From: Eledone cirrhosa
Lineage: Eukaryota
DNA length: 64,000 nt
NCBI GenBank assembly: GCA_964016885.1
Contig: OZ024740.1
Span: 40,610,001 to 40,674,000 of the forward strand
Direction of reading: 5' to 3'
Part shown: positions 29,001 to 43,685 of the stretch, piece by piece
Numbering within the stretch: the stretch's first letter is position 1
How the letters are laid out: the number at the start of each line of letters is the position of its first letter
Notes under the pieces: model-generated
What the model was told of the DNA's origin: nothing
What the model saw: the letters and a program-made list of their open reading frames with translations, nothing else
Databases searched by the model: none
Made by a program: the position numbers and the translations under genes

Positions 29001-32000
29001 ACAAACACACACACATATGCAGTCAAAAAGGCTACATCAATTTTAATGCACAGAAAAGCAATTTCATGTTATATTAAAATTGTTTATCATTTTACATTCC
29101 ATGTTCAAGTTATACTGACATTCACTAAAGTTGGAAAACAGTTTCATACCAGCACAATTTCAATCTTTCTGCCTTGAATCCACATCATTTCTCTAAACAC
29201 TTTCCATTTTCAGTACCTAAACCTTTTCTGTGAAACAAATAGAGCATGTTTTCCGAAACACTACAAACTAGTTGAAAGGAAAGAATTCTTTCTTACACTA
29301 CAATATTCAAATATATTATTTCAACAACAAACCTACATGTATAATATAATACATATCAAGAGTCATTCTATACAGATAATATCTATACTACAATGAGACA
29401 CAAAATGTTTATGTTATAATTACAGAAGCATGTTATTTTAAGATGAAAATGTTTAATCTGAAATTAATTTACATCAATGAAAAATAGAAATTCACAATCA
29501 CAGAATCAAAATTTATCATACATATTAATCATGCAAGAAATGTGAAGTAAAAAAAAAATTAATTCACAAAAACAAATATTTAGCTTATCTTTGTTGGCTT
29601 TCATGTATTTTGTGTTATATTGTTGATCACATCTGTCAAGAAACAAAATAGAGAGAAACACACACACACACACACACACACATACATATATATATTTTAA
29701 ACATTCTTATAATGAATGTGAATTATATCTAAAATGTTAAGAATTATAACTTTCAAGTAGAAAACTGAAAAACACTTACAGGAAACTTTCAAACTACTCC
29801 AATTCCTTAAATGAGAATAATTTAGGAGAAAAACAATCTTATAACCTACATACGTAGAAAAGAATTAGGAAATTTGTTTTTTTCACATATCTATCAAGGA
29901 CATTATATAAAATATTTACTTTAACACACCAAAAGACCAATAGTTAATAGAGAGGAAGGAAAAACATCTTAGCTTAGTGAACGGTTCTATCTGATCTCCT
30001 GTATGTCATCTTTACATCTGCTAATGATAGAAACTTACATACATAGCCAGAAAATAATAATATACTTAGAAGTCAATAATTTCACTGTTATATTGATATT
30101 ATATATTATTTGGCATTCACACATACTAATAGAAAAGAATTGATCATACCGCACAATTTCAATGCTTCTATCTTCAATCCATTGGATCTTGAAAAACTGC
30201 CATTATTATTGCCTAAATATTTTGGGTAAAACAAAGCATGTTTTCCTAAGCACTGCATCTTATATATCAACTGATAAGTAAAACTTGCTACTTACAGAGT
30301 AATATTCACCTTAGTTTTGTATGCTGGAATTAAAGTGTTTACAAAACAAGCCAAAATTGATGATGTGCAACACATGACAACTACTAATTTGTCTTGTTAA
30401 TTATATATATTACCATACCAACATTCTCATTACAGTGATATTATCAAAATCTTGAAACATAAGAAAATGCTATATACTAAATTGAAATTTCATTTCATTG
30501 TCTGAGTAAAATATTCAATTTACAGAAAATTAACCTCAGAAGTTAAGAATAAAAAATTAAAAGATTTTATTATCTTACTGATAGTTGTATTTTCCTTTAA
30601 TGTCGATCACATCTGCCAATAAATGAAACACAGAAACACACACACAAACTCATTTTTAACACAAAGTTAAGCTAGGAAACACTTGTGAGAAATATATTCA
30701 AATCTAAAGAATTATGGTTTTTATGTAGAAATTAGAATACACTTACATTAATTTTTCCAACTAGTCCAATACCTTAAATGAATCAGTTGTAGAGACAAAA
30801 AAAAATATCCATAACCTTCACAGTTATGTATTGACAATATATTCTGTATTTACTAAACGATTACAAAACTATGGTTTAAATATTCCTTAAACTATCAATT
30901 TAACATTTCAAAAGACCAACAGAAAATAGAAATGAAGATGTCTTATCTGATGGAAATATTCTACTTTGCCCTTTTCATGTCAGCATTATATCTGCCAAGG
31001 ATAGAAAATTACACAAACACACACACATATGCAGTCAAAAAGGCTACATCAATTTTAATGCACAGAAAAGCAATTTCATGTTATATTAAAATTGTTTATC
31101 ATTTTACATTCCATGTTCAAGTTATACTGACATTCACTAAAGTTGGAAAACAGTTTCATACCAGCACAATTTCAATCTTTCTGCCTTGAATCCACATCAT
31201 TTCTCTAAACACTTTCCATTTTCAGTACCTAAACCTTTTCTGTGAAACAAATAGAGCATGTTTTCCGAAACACTACAAACTAGTTGAAAGGAAAGAAATC
31301 TTTCTTACACTACAATATTCAAATATATTATTTCAACAACAAACCTACATGTATAATATAATACATATCAAGAGTCATTCTATACAGATAATATCTATAC
31401 TACAATGAGACACAAAATGTTTATGTTATAATTACAGAAGCATGTTATTTTAAGATGAAAATGTTTAATCTGAAATTAATTTACATCAATGAAAAATAGA
31501 AATTCACAATCACAGAATCAAAATTTATCATACATATTAATCATGCAAGAAATGTGAAGTAAAAAAAAAATTAATTCACAAAAACAAATATTTAGCTTAT
31601 CTTTGTTGGCTTTCATGTATTTTGTGTTATATTGTTGATCACATCTGTCAAGAAACAAAATAGAGAGAAACACACACACACACACATACATATATATATT
31701 TTAAACATTCTTATAATGAATGTGAATTATATCTAAAATGTTAAGAATTATAACTTTCAAGTAGAAAACTGAAAAACACTTACAGGAAACTTTCAAACTA
31801 CTCCAATTCCTTAAATGAGAATAATTTAGGAGAAAAACAATCTTATAACCTACATACGTAAAGAATTAGGAAATTTGTTTTTTTCACATATCTATCAAGG
31901 ACATTATATAAAATATTTACACACCAAAAGACCAATAGTTAATAGAGAGGAAGGAAAAACATCTTAGCTTAGTGAACGGTTCTATCTGATCTCCTGTATG

Positions 32001-35000
32001 TCATCTTTACATCTGCTAATGATAGAAACTTACATACATAGCCAGAAAATAAATATATACTTAGAAGTCAATAATTTCACTGTTATATTGATATTATATA
32101 TTATTTGGCATTCACACATACTAATAGAAAAGAATTGATCATACCGCACAATTTCAATGCTTCTATCTTCAATCCATTGGATCTTGAAAAACTGCCATTA
32201 TTATTGCCTAAATATTTTGGGTAAAACAAAGCATGTTTTCCTAAGCACTGCATCTTATATATCAACTGATAAGTAAAACTTGCTACTTACAGAGTAATAT
32301 TCACCTTAGTTTTGTATGCTGGAATTAAAGTGTTTACAAAACAAGCCAAAATTGATGATGTGCAACACATGACAACTACTAATTTGTCTTGTTAATTATA
32401 TATATTACCATACCAACATTCTCATTACAGTGATATTATCAAAATCTTGAAACATAAGAAAATGCTATATACTAAATTGAAATTTCATTTCATTGTCTGA
32501 GTAAAATATTCAATTTACAGAAAATTAACCTCAGAAGTTAAGAATAAAAAATTAAAAGATTTTATTATCTTACTGATAGTTGTATTTTCCTTTAATGTCG
32601 ATCACATCTGCCAATAAATGAAACACAGAAACACACACACAAACTCATTTTTAACACAAAGTTAAGCTAGGAAACACTTGTGAGAAATATATTCAAATCT
32701 AAAGAATTATGGTTTTTATGTAGAAATTAGAATACACTTACATTAATTTTTCCAACTAGTCCAATACCTTAAATGAATCAGTTGTAGAGACAAAAAAAAA
32801 TATCCATAATCTTTACAGTTATGTATTGACAATATATTCAGTATTTACTAAACGATTACAAAACTATGGTTTAAATATTCCTTAAACTATCAATTTAACA
32901 TTTCAAAAGACCAACAGAAAATAGAAATGAAGATGTCTTATCTGATGGAAATATTCTACTTTGCCCTTTTCATGTCAGCATTATATCTGCCAAGGATAAA
33001 AAATTACACAAACACACACACATATGCAGTCAAAAAGGCTACATCAATTTTAATGCACAGAAAAGCAATTTCATGTTATATTAAAATTGTTTATCATTTT
33101 ACATTCCATGTTCAAGTTATACTGACATTCACTAAAGTTGGAAAACAGTTTCATACCAGCACAATTTCAATCTTTCTGCCTTGAATCCACATCATTTCTC
33201 TAAACACTTTCCATTTTCAGTACCTAAACCTTTTCTGTGAAACAAATAGAGCATGTTTTCCGAAACACTACAAACTAGTTGAAAGGAAAGAATTCTTTCT
33301 TACACTACAATATTCAAATATATTATTTCAATAACAAACCTACATGTATAATATAATACATATCAAGAGTCATTCTATACAGATAATATCTATACTACAA
33401 AGAGACACAAAATGTTTATGTTATAATTACAGAAGCATGTTATTTTAAGATGAAAATGTTTAATCTGAAACTAATTTACATCAATGAAAAATAGAAATTC
33501 ACAATCACAGAATCAAAATTTATCATACATATTAATCATGCAAGAAATGTGAAGTAAAAAAAAAATTAATTCACTAAAACAAATATTTAGCTTATCTTTG
33601 TTGGCTTTCATGTATTTTGTGTTATATTGTTGATCACATCTGTCAAGAAACAAAATAGAGAGAAACACACACACACACACATACATATATATATTTTAAA
33701 CATTCTTATAATGAATGTGAATTATATCTAAAATGTTAAGAATTATAACTTTCAAGTAGAAAACTGAAAAACACTTACAGGAAACTTTCAAACTACTCCA
33801 ATTCCTTAAATGAGAATAATTTAGGAGAAAAACAATCTTATAACCTACATACGTAGAAAAGAATTAGGAAATTTGTTTTTTTCACATATCTATCAAGGAC
33901 ATTATATAAAATATTTACTTTAACACACCAAAAGACCAATAGTTAATAGAGAGGAAGGAAAAACATCTTAGCTTAGTGAACGGTTCTATCTGATCTCCTG
34001 TATGTCATCTTTACATCTGCTAATGATAGAAACTTACATACATAGCCAGAAAATAATAATATACTTAGAAGTCAATAATTTCACTGTTATATTGATATTA
34101 TATATTATTTGGCATTCTGTATGTATTAGTTATTCACACATACTAATAGAAAAGAATTGATCATACCGCACAATTTCAATGCTTCTATCTTCAATCCATT
34201 GGATCTTGAAAAACTGCCATTATTATTGCCTAAATATTTTGGGTAAAACAAAGCATGTTTTCCTAAGCACTGCATCTTATATATCAACTGATAAGTAAAA
34301 CTTGCTACTTACAGAGTAATATTCACCTTAGTTTTGTATGCTGGAATTAAAGTGTTTACAAAACAAGCCAAAATTGATGATGTGCAACACATGACAACTA
34401 CTAATTTGTCTTGTTAATTATATATATTACCATACCAACATTCTCATTACAGTGATATTATCAAAATCTTGAAACATAAGAAAATGCTATATACTAAATT
34501 GAAATTTCATTTCATTGTGTGAGTAAAATATTCAATTTACAGAAAATTAACCTCAGAAGTTAAGAATAAAAAATTAAAAGATTTTATTATCTTACTGATA
34601 GTTGTATTTTCCTTTAATGTCGATCACATCTGCCAATAAATGAAACACAGAAACACACACACAAACTCATTTTTAACACAAAGTTAAGCTAGGAAACACT
34701 TGTGAGAAATATATTCAAATCTAAAGAATTATGGTTTTTATGTAGAAATTAGAATACACTTACATTAATTTTTCCAACTAGTCCAATACCTTAAATGAAT
34801 CAGTTGTAGAGACAAAAAAAAATATCCATAATCTTTACAGTTATGTATTGACAATATATTCAGTATTTACTAAACGATTACAAAACTATGGTTTAAATAT
34901 TCCTTAAACTATCAATTTAACATTTCAAAAGACCAACAGAAAATAGAAATGAAGATGTCTTATCTGATGGAAATATTCTACTTTGCCCTTTTCATGTCAG

Positions 35001-38000
35001 CATTATATCTGCCAAGGATAAAAAATTACACAAACACACACACATATGCAGTCAAAAAGGCTACATCAATTTTAATGCACAGAAAAGCAATTTCATGTTA
35101 TATTAAAATTGTTTATCATTTTACATTCCATGTTCAAGTTATACTGACATTCACTAAAGTTGGAAAACAGTTTCATACCAGCACAATTTCAATCTTTCTG
35201 CCTTGAATCCACATCATTTCTCTAAACACTTTCCATTTTCAGTACCTAAACCTTTTCTGTGAAACAAATAGAGCATGTTTTCCGAAACACTACAAACTAG
35301 TTGAAAGGAAAGAATTCTTTCTTACACTACAATATTCAAATATATTATTTCAATAACAAACCTACATGTATAATATAATACATATCAAGAGTCATTCTAT
35401 ACAGATAATATCTATACTACAAAGAGACACAAAATGTTTATGTTATAATTACAGAAGCATGTTATTTTAAGATGAAAATGTTTAATCTGAAACTAATTTA
35501 CATCAATGAAAAATAGAAATTCACAATCACAGAATCAAAATTTATCATACATATTAATCATGCAAGAAATGTGAAGTAAAAAAAAAATTAATTCACTAAA
35601 ACAAATATTTAGCTTATCTTTGTTGGCTTTCATGTATTTTGTGTTATATTGTTGATCACATCTGTCAAGAATCAAAATAGAGAGAAACACACACACACAC
35701 ACATACATATATATATTTTAAACATTCTTATAATGAATGTGAATTATATCTAAAATGTTAAGAATTATAACTTTCAAGTAGAAAACTGAAAAACACTTAC
35801 AGGAAACTTTCAAACTACTCCAATTCCTTAAATGAGAATAATTTAGGAGAAAAACAATCTTATAACCTACATACGTAGAAAAGAATTAGGAAATTTGTTT
35901 TTTTCACATATCTATCAAGGACATTATATAAAATATTTACTTTAACACACCAAAAGACCAATAGTTAATAGAGAGGAAGGAAAAACATCTTAGCTTAGTG
36001 AACGGTTCTATCTGATCTCCTGTATGTCATCTTTACATCTGCTAATGATAGAAACTTACATACATAGCCAGAAAATAATAATATACTTAGAAGTCAATAA
36101 TTTCACTGTTATATTGATATTATATATTATTTGGCATTCTGTATGTATTAGTTATTCACACATACTAATAGAAAAGAATTGATCATACCGCACAATTTCA
36201 ATGCTTCTATCTTCAATCCATTGGATCTTGAAAAACTGCCATTATTATTGCCTAAATATTTTGGGTAAAACAAAGCATGTTTTCCTAAGCACTGCATCTT
36301 ATATATCAACTGATAAGTAAAACTTGCTACTTACAGAGTAATATTCACCTTAGTTTTGTATGCTGGAATTAAAGTGTTTACAAAACAAGCCAAAATTGAT
36401 GATGTGCAACACATGACAACTACTAATTTGTCTTGTTAATTATATATATTACCATACCAACATTCTCATTACAGTGATATTATCAAAATCTTGAAACATA
36501 AGAAAATGCTATATACTAAATTGAAATTTCATTTCATTGTGTGAGTAAAATATTCAATTTACAGAAAATTAACCTCAGAAGTTAAGAATAAAAAATTAAA
36601 AGATTTTATTATCTTACTGATAGTTGTATTTTCCTTTAATGTCGATCACATCTGCCAATAAATGAAACACAGAAACACACACACAAACTCATTTTTAACA
36701 CAAAGTTAAGCTAGGAAACACTTGTGAGAAATATATTCAAATCTAAAGAATTATGGTTTTTATGTAGAAATTAGAATACACTTACATTAATTTTTCCAAC
36801 TAGTCCAATACCTTAAATGAATCAGTTGTAGAGACAAAAAAAAATATCCATAACCTTTACAGTTATGTATTGACAATATATTCTGTATTTACTAAACGAT
36901 TACAAAACTATGGTTTAAATATTCCTTAAACTATCAATTTAACATTACAAAAGACCAACAGAAAATAGAAATGAAGATGTCTTATCTGATGGAAATATTC
37001 TACTTTGCCCTTTTCATGTCAGCATTATATCTGCCAAGGATAAAAAATTACACAAACACACACACATATGCAGTCAAAAAGGCTACATCAATTGTAATGC
37101 ACAGAAAAGCAATTTCATGTTATATTAAAATTGTTTATCATATTACATTCCATGTTCAAGTTATACTGACATTCACTAAAGTTGGAAAACAGTTTCATAC
37201 CTGCACAATTTCAATCTTTCTGCCTTGAATCCACATCATTTCTCTAAACACTTTCCATTTTCAGTACCTAAACCTTTTCTGTGAAACAAATAGAGCATGT
37301 TTTCCGAAACACTACAAACTAGTTGAAAGGAAAGAATTCTTTCTTACACTACAATATTCAAATATATTATTTCAACAACAAACCTACATGTATAATATAA
37401 TACATATCAAGAGTCATTCTATACAGATAATATCTATACTACAATGAGACACAAAATGTTTATGTTATAATTACAGAAGCATGTTATTTTAAGATGAAAA
37501 TGTTTAATCTGAAACTAATTTACATCAATGAAAAATAGAAATTCACAATCACAGAATCAAAATTTATCATACATATTAATCATGCAAGAAATGTGAAGTA
37601 AAAAAAAAATTAATTCACTAAAACAAATATTTAGCTTATCTTTGTTGGCTTTCATGTATTTTGTGTTATATTGTTGATCACATCTGTCAAGAAACAAAAT
37701 AGAGAGAAACACACACACACACACACACATACATATATATATTTTAAACATTCTTATAATGAATGTGAATTATATCTAAAATGTTAAGAATTATAACTTT
37801 CAAGTAGAAAACTGAAAAACACTTACAGGAAACTTTCAAACTACTCCAATTCCTTAAATGAGAATAATTTAGGAGAAAAACAATCTTATAACCTACATAC
37901 GTAGAAAAGAATTAGGAAATTTGTTTTTTTCACATATCTATCAAGGACATTATATAAAATATTTACTTTAACACACCAAAAGACCAATAGTTAATAGAGA

Positions 38001-40947
38001 AGAAGGAAAAACATCTTAGCTTAGTGAACGGTTCTATCTGATCTCCTGTATGTCATCTTTACATCTGCTAATGATAGAAACTTACATACATAGCCAGAAA
38101 ATAATAATATACTTAGAAGTCAATAATTTCACTGTTATATTGATATTATATATTATTTGGCATTCTGTATGTATTAGTTATTCACACATACTAATAGAAA
38201 AGAATTGATCATACCGCACAATTTCAATGCTTCTATCTTCAATCCATTGGATCTTGAAAAACTGCCATTATTATTGCCTAAATATTTTGGGTAAAACAAA
38301 GCATGTTTTCCTAAGCACTGCATCTTATATATCAACTGATAAGTAAAACTTGCTACTTACAGAGTAATATTCACCTTAGTTTTGTATGCTGGAATTAAAG
38401 TGTTTACAAAACAAGCCAAAATTGATGATGTGCAACACATGACAACTACTAATTTGTCTTGTTAATTATATATATTACCATACCAACATTCTCATTACAG
38501 TGATATTATCAAAATCTTGAAACATAAGAAAATGCTATATACTAAATTGAAATTTCATTTCATTGTGTGAGTAAAATATTCAATTTACAGAAAATTAACC
38601 TCAGAAGTTAAGAATAAAAAATTAAAAGATTTTATTATCTTACTGATAGTTGTATTTTCCTTTAATGTCGATCACATCTGCCAATAAATGAAACACAGAA
38701 ACACACACACAAACTCATTTTTAACACAAAGTTAAGCTAGGAAACACTTGTGAGAAATATATTCAAATCTAAAGAATTATGGTTTTTATGTAGAAATTAG
38801 AATACACTTACATTAATTTTTCCAACTAGTCCAATACCTTAAATGAATCAGTTGTAGAGACAAAAAAAAATATCCATAACCTTTACAGTTATGTATTGAC
38901 AATATATTCTGTATTTACTAAACGATTACAAAACTATGGTTTAAATATTCCTTAAACTATCAATTTAACATTACAAAAGACCAACAGAAAATAGAAATGA
39001 AGATGTCTTATCTGATGGAAATATTCTACTTTGCCCTTTTCATGTCAGCATTATATCTGCCAAGGATAAAAAATTACACAAACACACACACATATGCAGT
39101 CAAAAAGGCTACATCAATTGTAATGCACAGAAAAGCAATTTCATGTTATATTAAAATTGTTTATCATATTACATTCCATGTTCAAGTTATACTGACATTC
39201 ACTAAAGTTGGAAAACAGTTTCATACCTGCACAATTTCAATCTTTCTGCCTTGAATCCACATCATTTCTCTAAACACTTTCCATTTTCAGTACCTAAACC
39301 TTTTCTGTGAAACAAATAGAGCATGTTTTCCGAAACACTACAAACTAGTTGAAAGGAAAGAATTCTTTCTTACACTACAATATTCAAATATATTATTTCA
39401 ACAACAAACCTACATGTATAATATAATACATATCAAGAGTCATTCTATACAGATAATATCTATACTACAATGAGACACAAAATGTTTATGTTATAATTAC
39501 AGAAGCATGTTATTTTAAGATGAAAATGTTTAATCTGAAACTAATTTACATCAATGAAAAATAGAAATTCACAATCACAGAATCAAAATTTATCATACAT
39601 ATTAATCATGCAAGAAATGTGAAGTAAAAAAAAAATTAATTCACTAAAACAAATATTTAGCTTATCTTTGTTGGCTTTCATGTATTTTGTGTTATATTGT
39701 TGATCACATCTGTCAAGAAACAAAATAGAGAGAAACACACACACACACACACACACACATACATATATATATTTTAAACATTCTTATAATGAATGTGAAT
39801 TATATCTAAAATGTTAAGAATTATAACTTTCAAGTAGAAAACTGAAAAACACTTACAGGAAACTTTCAAACTACTCCAATTCCTTAAATGAGAATAATTT
39901 AGGAGAAAAACAATCTTATAACCTACATACGTAGAAAAGAATTAGGAAATTTGTTTTTTTCACATATCTATCAAGGACATTATATAAAATATTTACTTTA
40001 ACACACCAAAAGACCAATAGTTAATAGAGAAGAAGGAAAAACATCTTAGCTTAGTGAACGGTTCTATCTGATCTCCTGTATGTCATCTTTACATCTGCTA
40101 ATGATAGAAACTTACATACATAGCCAGAAAATAATAATATACTTAGAAGTCAATAATTTCACTGTTATATTGATATTATATATTATTTGGCATTCTGTAT
40201 GTATTAGTTATTCACACATACTAATAGAAAAGAATTGATCATACCGCACAATTTCAATGCTTCTATCTTCAATCCATTGGATCTTGAAAAACTGCCATTA
40301 TTATTGCCTAAATATTTTGGGTAAAACAAAGCATGTTTTCCTAAGCACTGCATCTTATATATCAACTGATAAGTAAAACTTGCTACTTACAGAGTAATAT
40401 TCACCTTAGTTTTGTATGCTGGAATTAAAGTGTTTACAAAACAAGCCAAAATTGATGATGTGCAACACATGACAACTACTAATTTGTCTTGTTAATTATA
40501 TATATTACCATACCAACATTCTCATTACAGTGATATTATCAAAATCTTGAAACATAAGAAAATGCTATATACTAAATTGAAATTTCATTTCATTGTGTGA
40601 GTAAAATATTCAATTTACAGAAAATTAACCTCAGAAGTTAAGAATAAAAAATTAAAAGATTTTATTATCTTACTGATAGTTGTATTTTCCTTTAATGTCG
40701 ATCACATCTGCCAATAAATGAAACACAGAAACACACACACAAACTCATTTTTAACACAAAGTTAAGCTAGGAAACACTTGTGAGAAATATATTCAAATCT
40801 AAAGAATTATGGTTTTTATGTAGAAATTAGAATACACTTACATTAATTTTTCCAACTAGTCCAATACCTTAAATGAATCAGTTGTAGAGACAAAAAAAAA
40901 TATCCATAACCTTTACAGTTATGTATTGACAATATATTCTGTATTTA

Positions 40948-41289
40948 TGGAGGCACATGGCTTAGTGGTTAGAGCATTGGCCTTGCAATCGAAAGGTTGT
41001 GAGTTCAATTCTCAGACCGGGTGATGTGTTGTTTCCTTGAGCAAGACACTTTATTTCACATTGCTCCAGTTTACTCAGCTGTAGAAATGAGATGATAGGG
41101 ACTGGGGTCCCTATCATTCCACTGCAAAGTGGTCGTGGAGGTGCCACGGCAAAAAGCACCCAGCACTCACTGTAAATGAGGTTGGTGATAGGAAGGGCAT
41201 CCAGCTGTAGAAATCAAGCCAGAATCAGTTTCCGTCCCACCCTTGCAAGCAGAGAAAAGTGGACGTTAATTGAAATGATGATGATGATG
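40948..41289 (+). mobile_element. tRNA-derived CORE-type SINE (342 bp), (ATG)n tail, ~5-bp TSD ATTTA
   Basis: Absent from empty units (ctgtatttactaaac). Pol III A box TGGCTTAGTGG at 40958-40968 and B box GAGTTCAATTC at 41001-41011. CORE-like segment CCTTGAGCAAGACACTT, 3' GGACGTTAA followed by ATGATGATG, flanked by ATTTA on both sides. Confidence 0.92.
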
Positions 41290-43402
41290 ATTTACTAAAC
41301 GATTACAAAACTATGGTTTAAATATTCCTTAAACTATCAATTTAACATTACAAAAGACCAACAGAAAATAGAAATGAAGATGTCTTATCTGATGGAAATA
41401 TTCTACTTTGCCCTTTTCATGTCAGCATTATATCTGCCAAGGATAAAAAATTACACAAACACACACACATATGCAGTCAAAAAGGCTACATCAATTGTAA
41501 TGCACAGAAAAGCAATTTCATGTTATATTAAAATTGTTTATCATTTTACATTCCATGTTCAAGTTATACTGACATTCACTAAAGTTGGAAAACAGTTTCA
41601 TACCAGCACAATTTCAATCTTTCTGCCTTGAATCCACATCATTTCTCTAAACACTTTCCATTTTCAGTACCTAAACCTTTTCTGTGAAACAAATAGAGCA
41701 TGTTTTCCGAAACACTACAAACTAGTTGAAAGGAAAGAATTCTTTCTTACACTACAATATTCAAATATATTATTTCAATAACAAACCTACATGTATAATA
41801 TAATACATATCAAGAGTCATTCTATACAGATAATATCTATACTACAAAGAGACACAAAATGTTTATGTTATAATTACAGAAGCATGTTATTTTAAGATGA
41901 AAATGTTTAATCTGAAACTAATTTACATCAATGAAAAATAGAAATTCACAATCACAGAATCAAAATTTATCATACATATTAATCATGCAAGAAATGTGAA
42001 GTAAAAAAAAAATTAATTCACTAAAACAAATATTTAGCTTATCTTTGTTGGCTTTCATGTATTTTGTGTTATATTGTTGATCACATCTGTCAAGAAACAC
42101 AATAGAGAGAAACACACACACACACACATACATATATATATTTTAAACATTCTTATAATGAATGTGAATTATATCTAAAATGTTAAGAATTATAACTTTC
42201 AAGTAGAAAACTGAAAAACACTTACAGGAAACTTTCAAACTACTCCAATTCCTTAAATGAGAATAATTTAGGAGAAAAACAATCTTATAACCTACATACG
42301 TAGAAAAGAATTAGGAAATTTGTTTTTTTCACATATCTATCAAGGACATTATATAAAATATTTACTTTAACACACCAAAAGACCAATAGTTAATAGAGAG
42401 GAAGGAAAAACATCTTAGCTTAGTGAACGGTTCTATCTGATCTCCTGTATGTCATCTTTACATCTGCTAATGATAGAAACTTACATACATAGCCAGAAAA
42501 TAATAATATACTTAGAAGTCAATAATTTCACTGTTATATTGATATTATATATTATTTGGAATTCTGTATGTATTAGTTATTCACACATACTAATAGAAAA
42601 GAATTGATCATACCGCACAATTTCAATGCTTCTATCTTCAATCCATTGGATCTTGAAAAACTGCCATTATTATTGCCTAAATATTTTGGGTAAAACAAAG
42701 CATGTTTTCCTAAGCACTGCATCTTATATATCAACTGATAAGTAAAACTTGCTACTTACAGAGTAATATTCACCTTAGTTTTGTATGCTGGAATTAAAGT
42801 GTTTACAAAACAAGCCAAAATTGATGATGTGCAACACATGACAACTACTAATTTGTCTTGTTAATTATATATATTACCATACCAACATTCTCATTACAGT
42901 GATATTATCAAAATCTTGAAACATAAGAAAATGCTATATACTAAATTGAAATTTCATTTCATTGTCTGAGTAAAATATTCAATTTACAGAAAATTAACCT
43001 CAGAAGTTAAGAATAAAAAATTAAAAGATTTTATTATCTTACTGATAGTTGTATTTTCCTTTAATGTCGATCACATCTGCCAATAAATGAAACACAGAAA
43101 CACACACACAAACTCATTTTTAACACAAAGTTAAGCTAGGAAACACTTGTGAGAAATATATTCAAATCTAAAGAATTATGGTTTTTATGTAGAAATTAGA
43201 ATACACTTACATTAATTTTTCCAACTAGTCCAATACCTTAAATGAATCAGTTGTAGAGACAAAAAAAAATATCCATAATCTTTACAGTTATGTATTGACA
43301 ATATATTCAGTATTTACTAAACGATTACAAAACTATGGTTTAAATATTCCTTAAACTATCAATTTAACATTTCAAAAGACCAACAGAAAATAGAAATGAA
43401 GA

Positions 43403-43655
43403 TAATAATAATAATAATAATAATGAAATTATTGTGTACAGTGCTCAGGTGCACTACAACTCATCAAAGGTGCATGTATAGTACATAGAATAATGTACAA
43501 ATGTCAGGAAAATAAACAGTGTATGAGTCATGATATAATAACAATAACAATAATGAAATATTGTGCACAGTGCCCAGGTGCACCACAACCCATCAAAAAA
43601 GTGCATGTACAGTACATAGGGCAATGCACAAACATCAGTAAAATGAACAGTGCAC
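43403..43655 (-). repeat. ~130-bp tandem duplication of the LINE 3' terminus
   Basis: taatgaaattattgtgtacagtgctcaggtgcac at 43421 vs taatgaaatattgtgcacagtgcccaggtgcac at 43551, each next to an (AAT)n-like tract. Confidence 0.9.
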
Positions 43656-43685
43656 ACATGTGTGCATGTGTATGGAAGGGGCACA

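Larger units (their letters stand above)
1..43402. repeat. Tandem macrosatellite array, ~2.0 kb unit (units 1-21 and start of unit 22)
   Basis: Near-identical sequence recurs with period 2012 (e.g. acaatttcaatgcttc at 1, 2013, 4025). The ORF track repeats at 780, 2792, 4804, 6814 and onward. Length variation comes mostly from the (CA)n tract, an 18-bp indel and the SINE. Confidence 0.99.

Noticed and set aside
40949-41020. Functional tRNA gene
   Set aside because: A and B boxes are present but the acceptor and anticodon stems pair poorly, and the sequence continues into a SINE body with tail and TSD.
40962-41159. 65-aa minus-strand ORF in five copies
   Set aside because: Antisense reading of the SINE.
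41260-41289. SINE mobilised by the resident CR1 LINE
   Set aside because: The 3' ends show no visible similarity ((ATG)n after GGACGTTAA vs (ATT)n).
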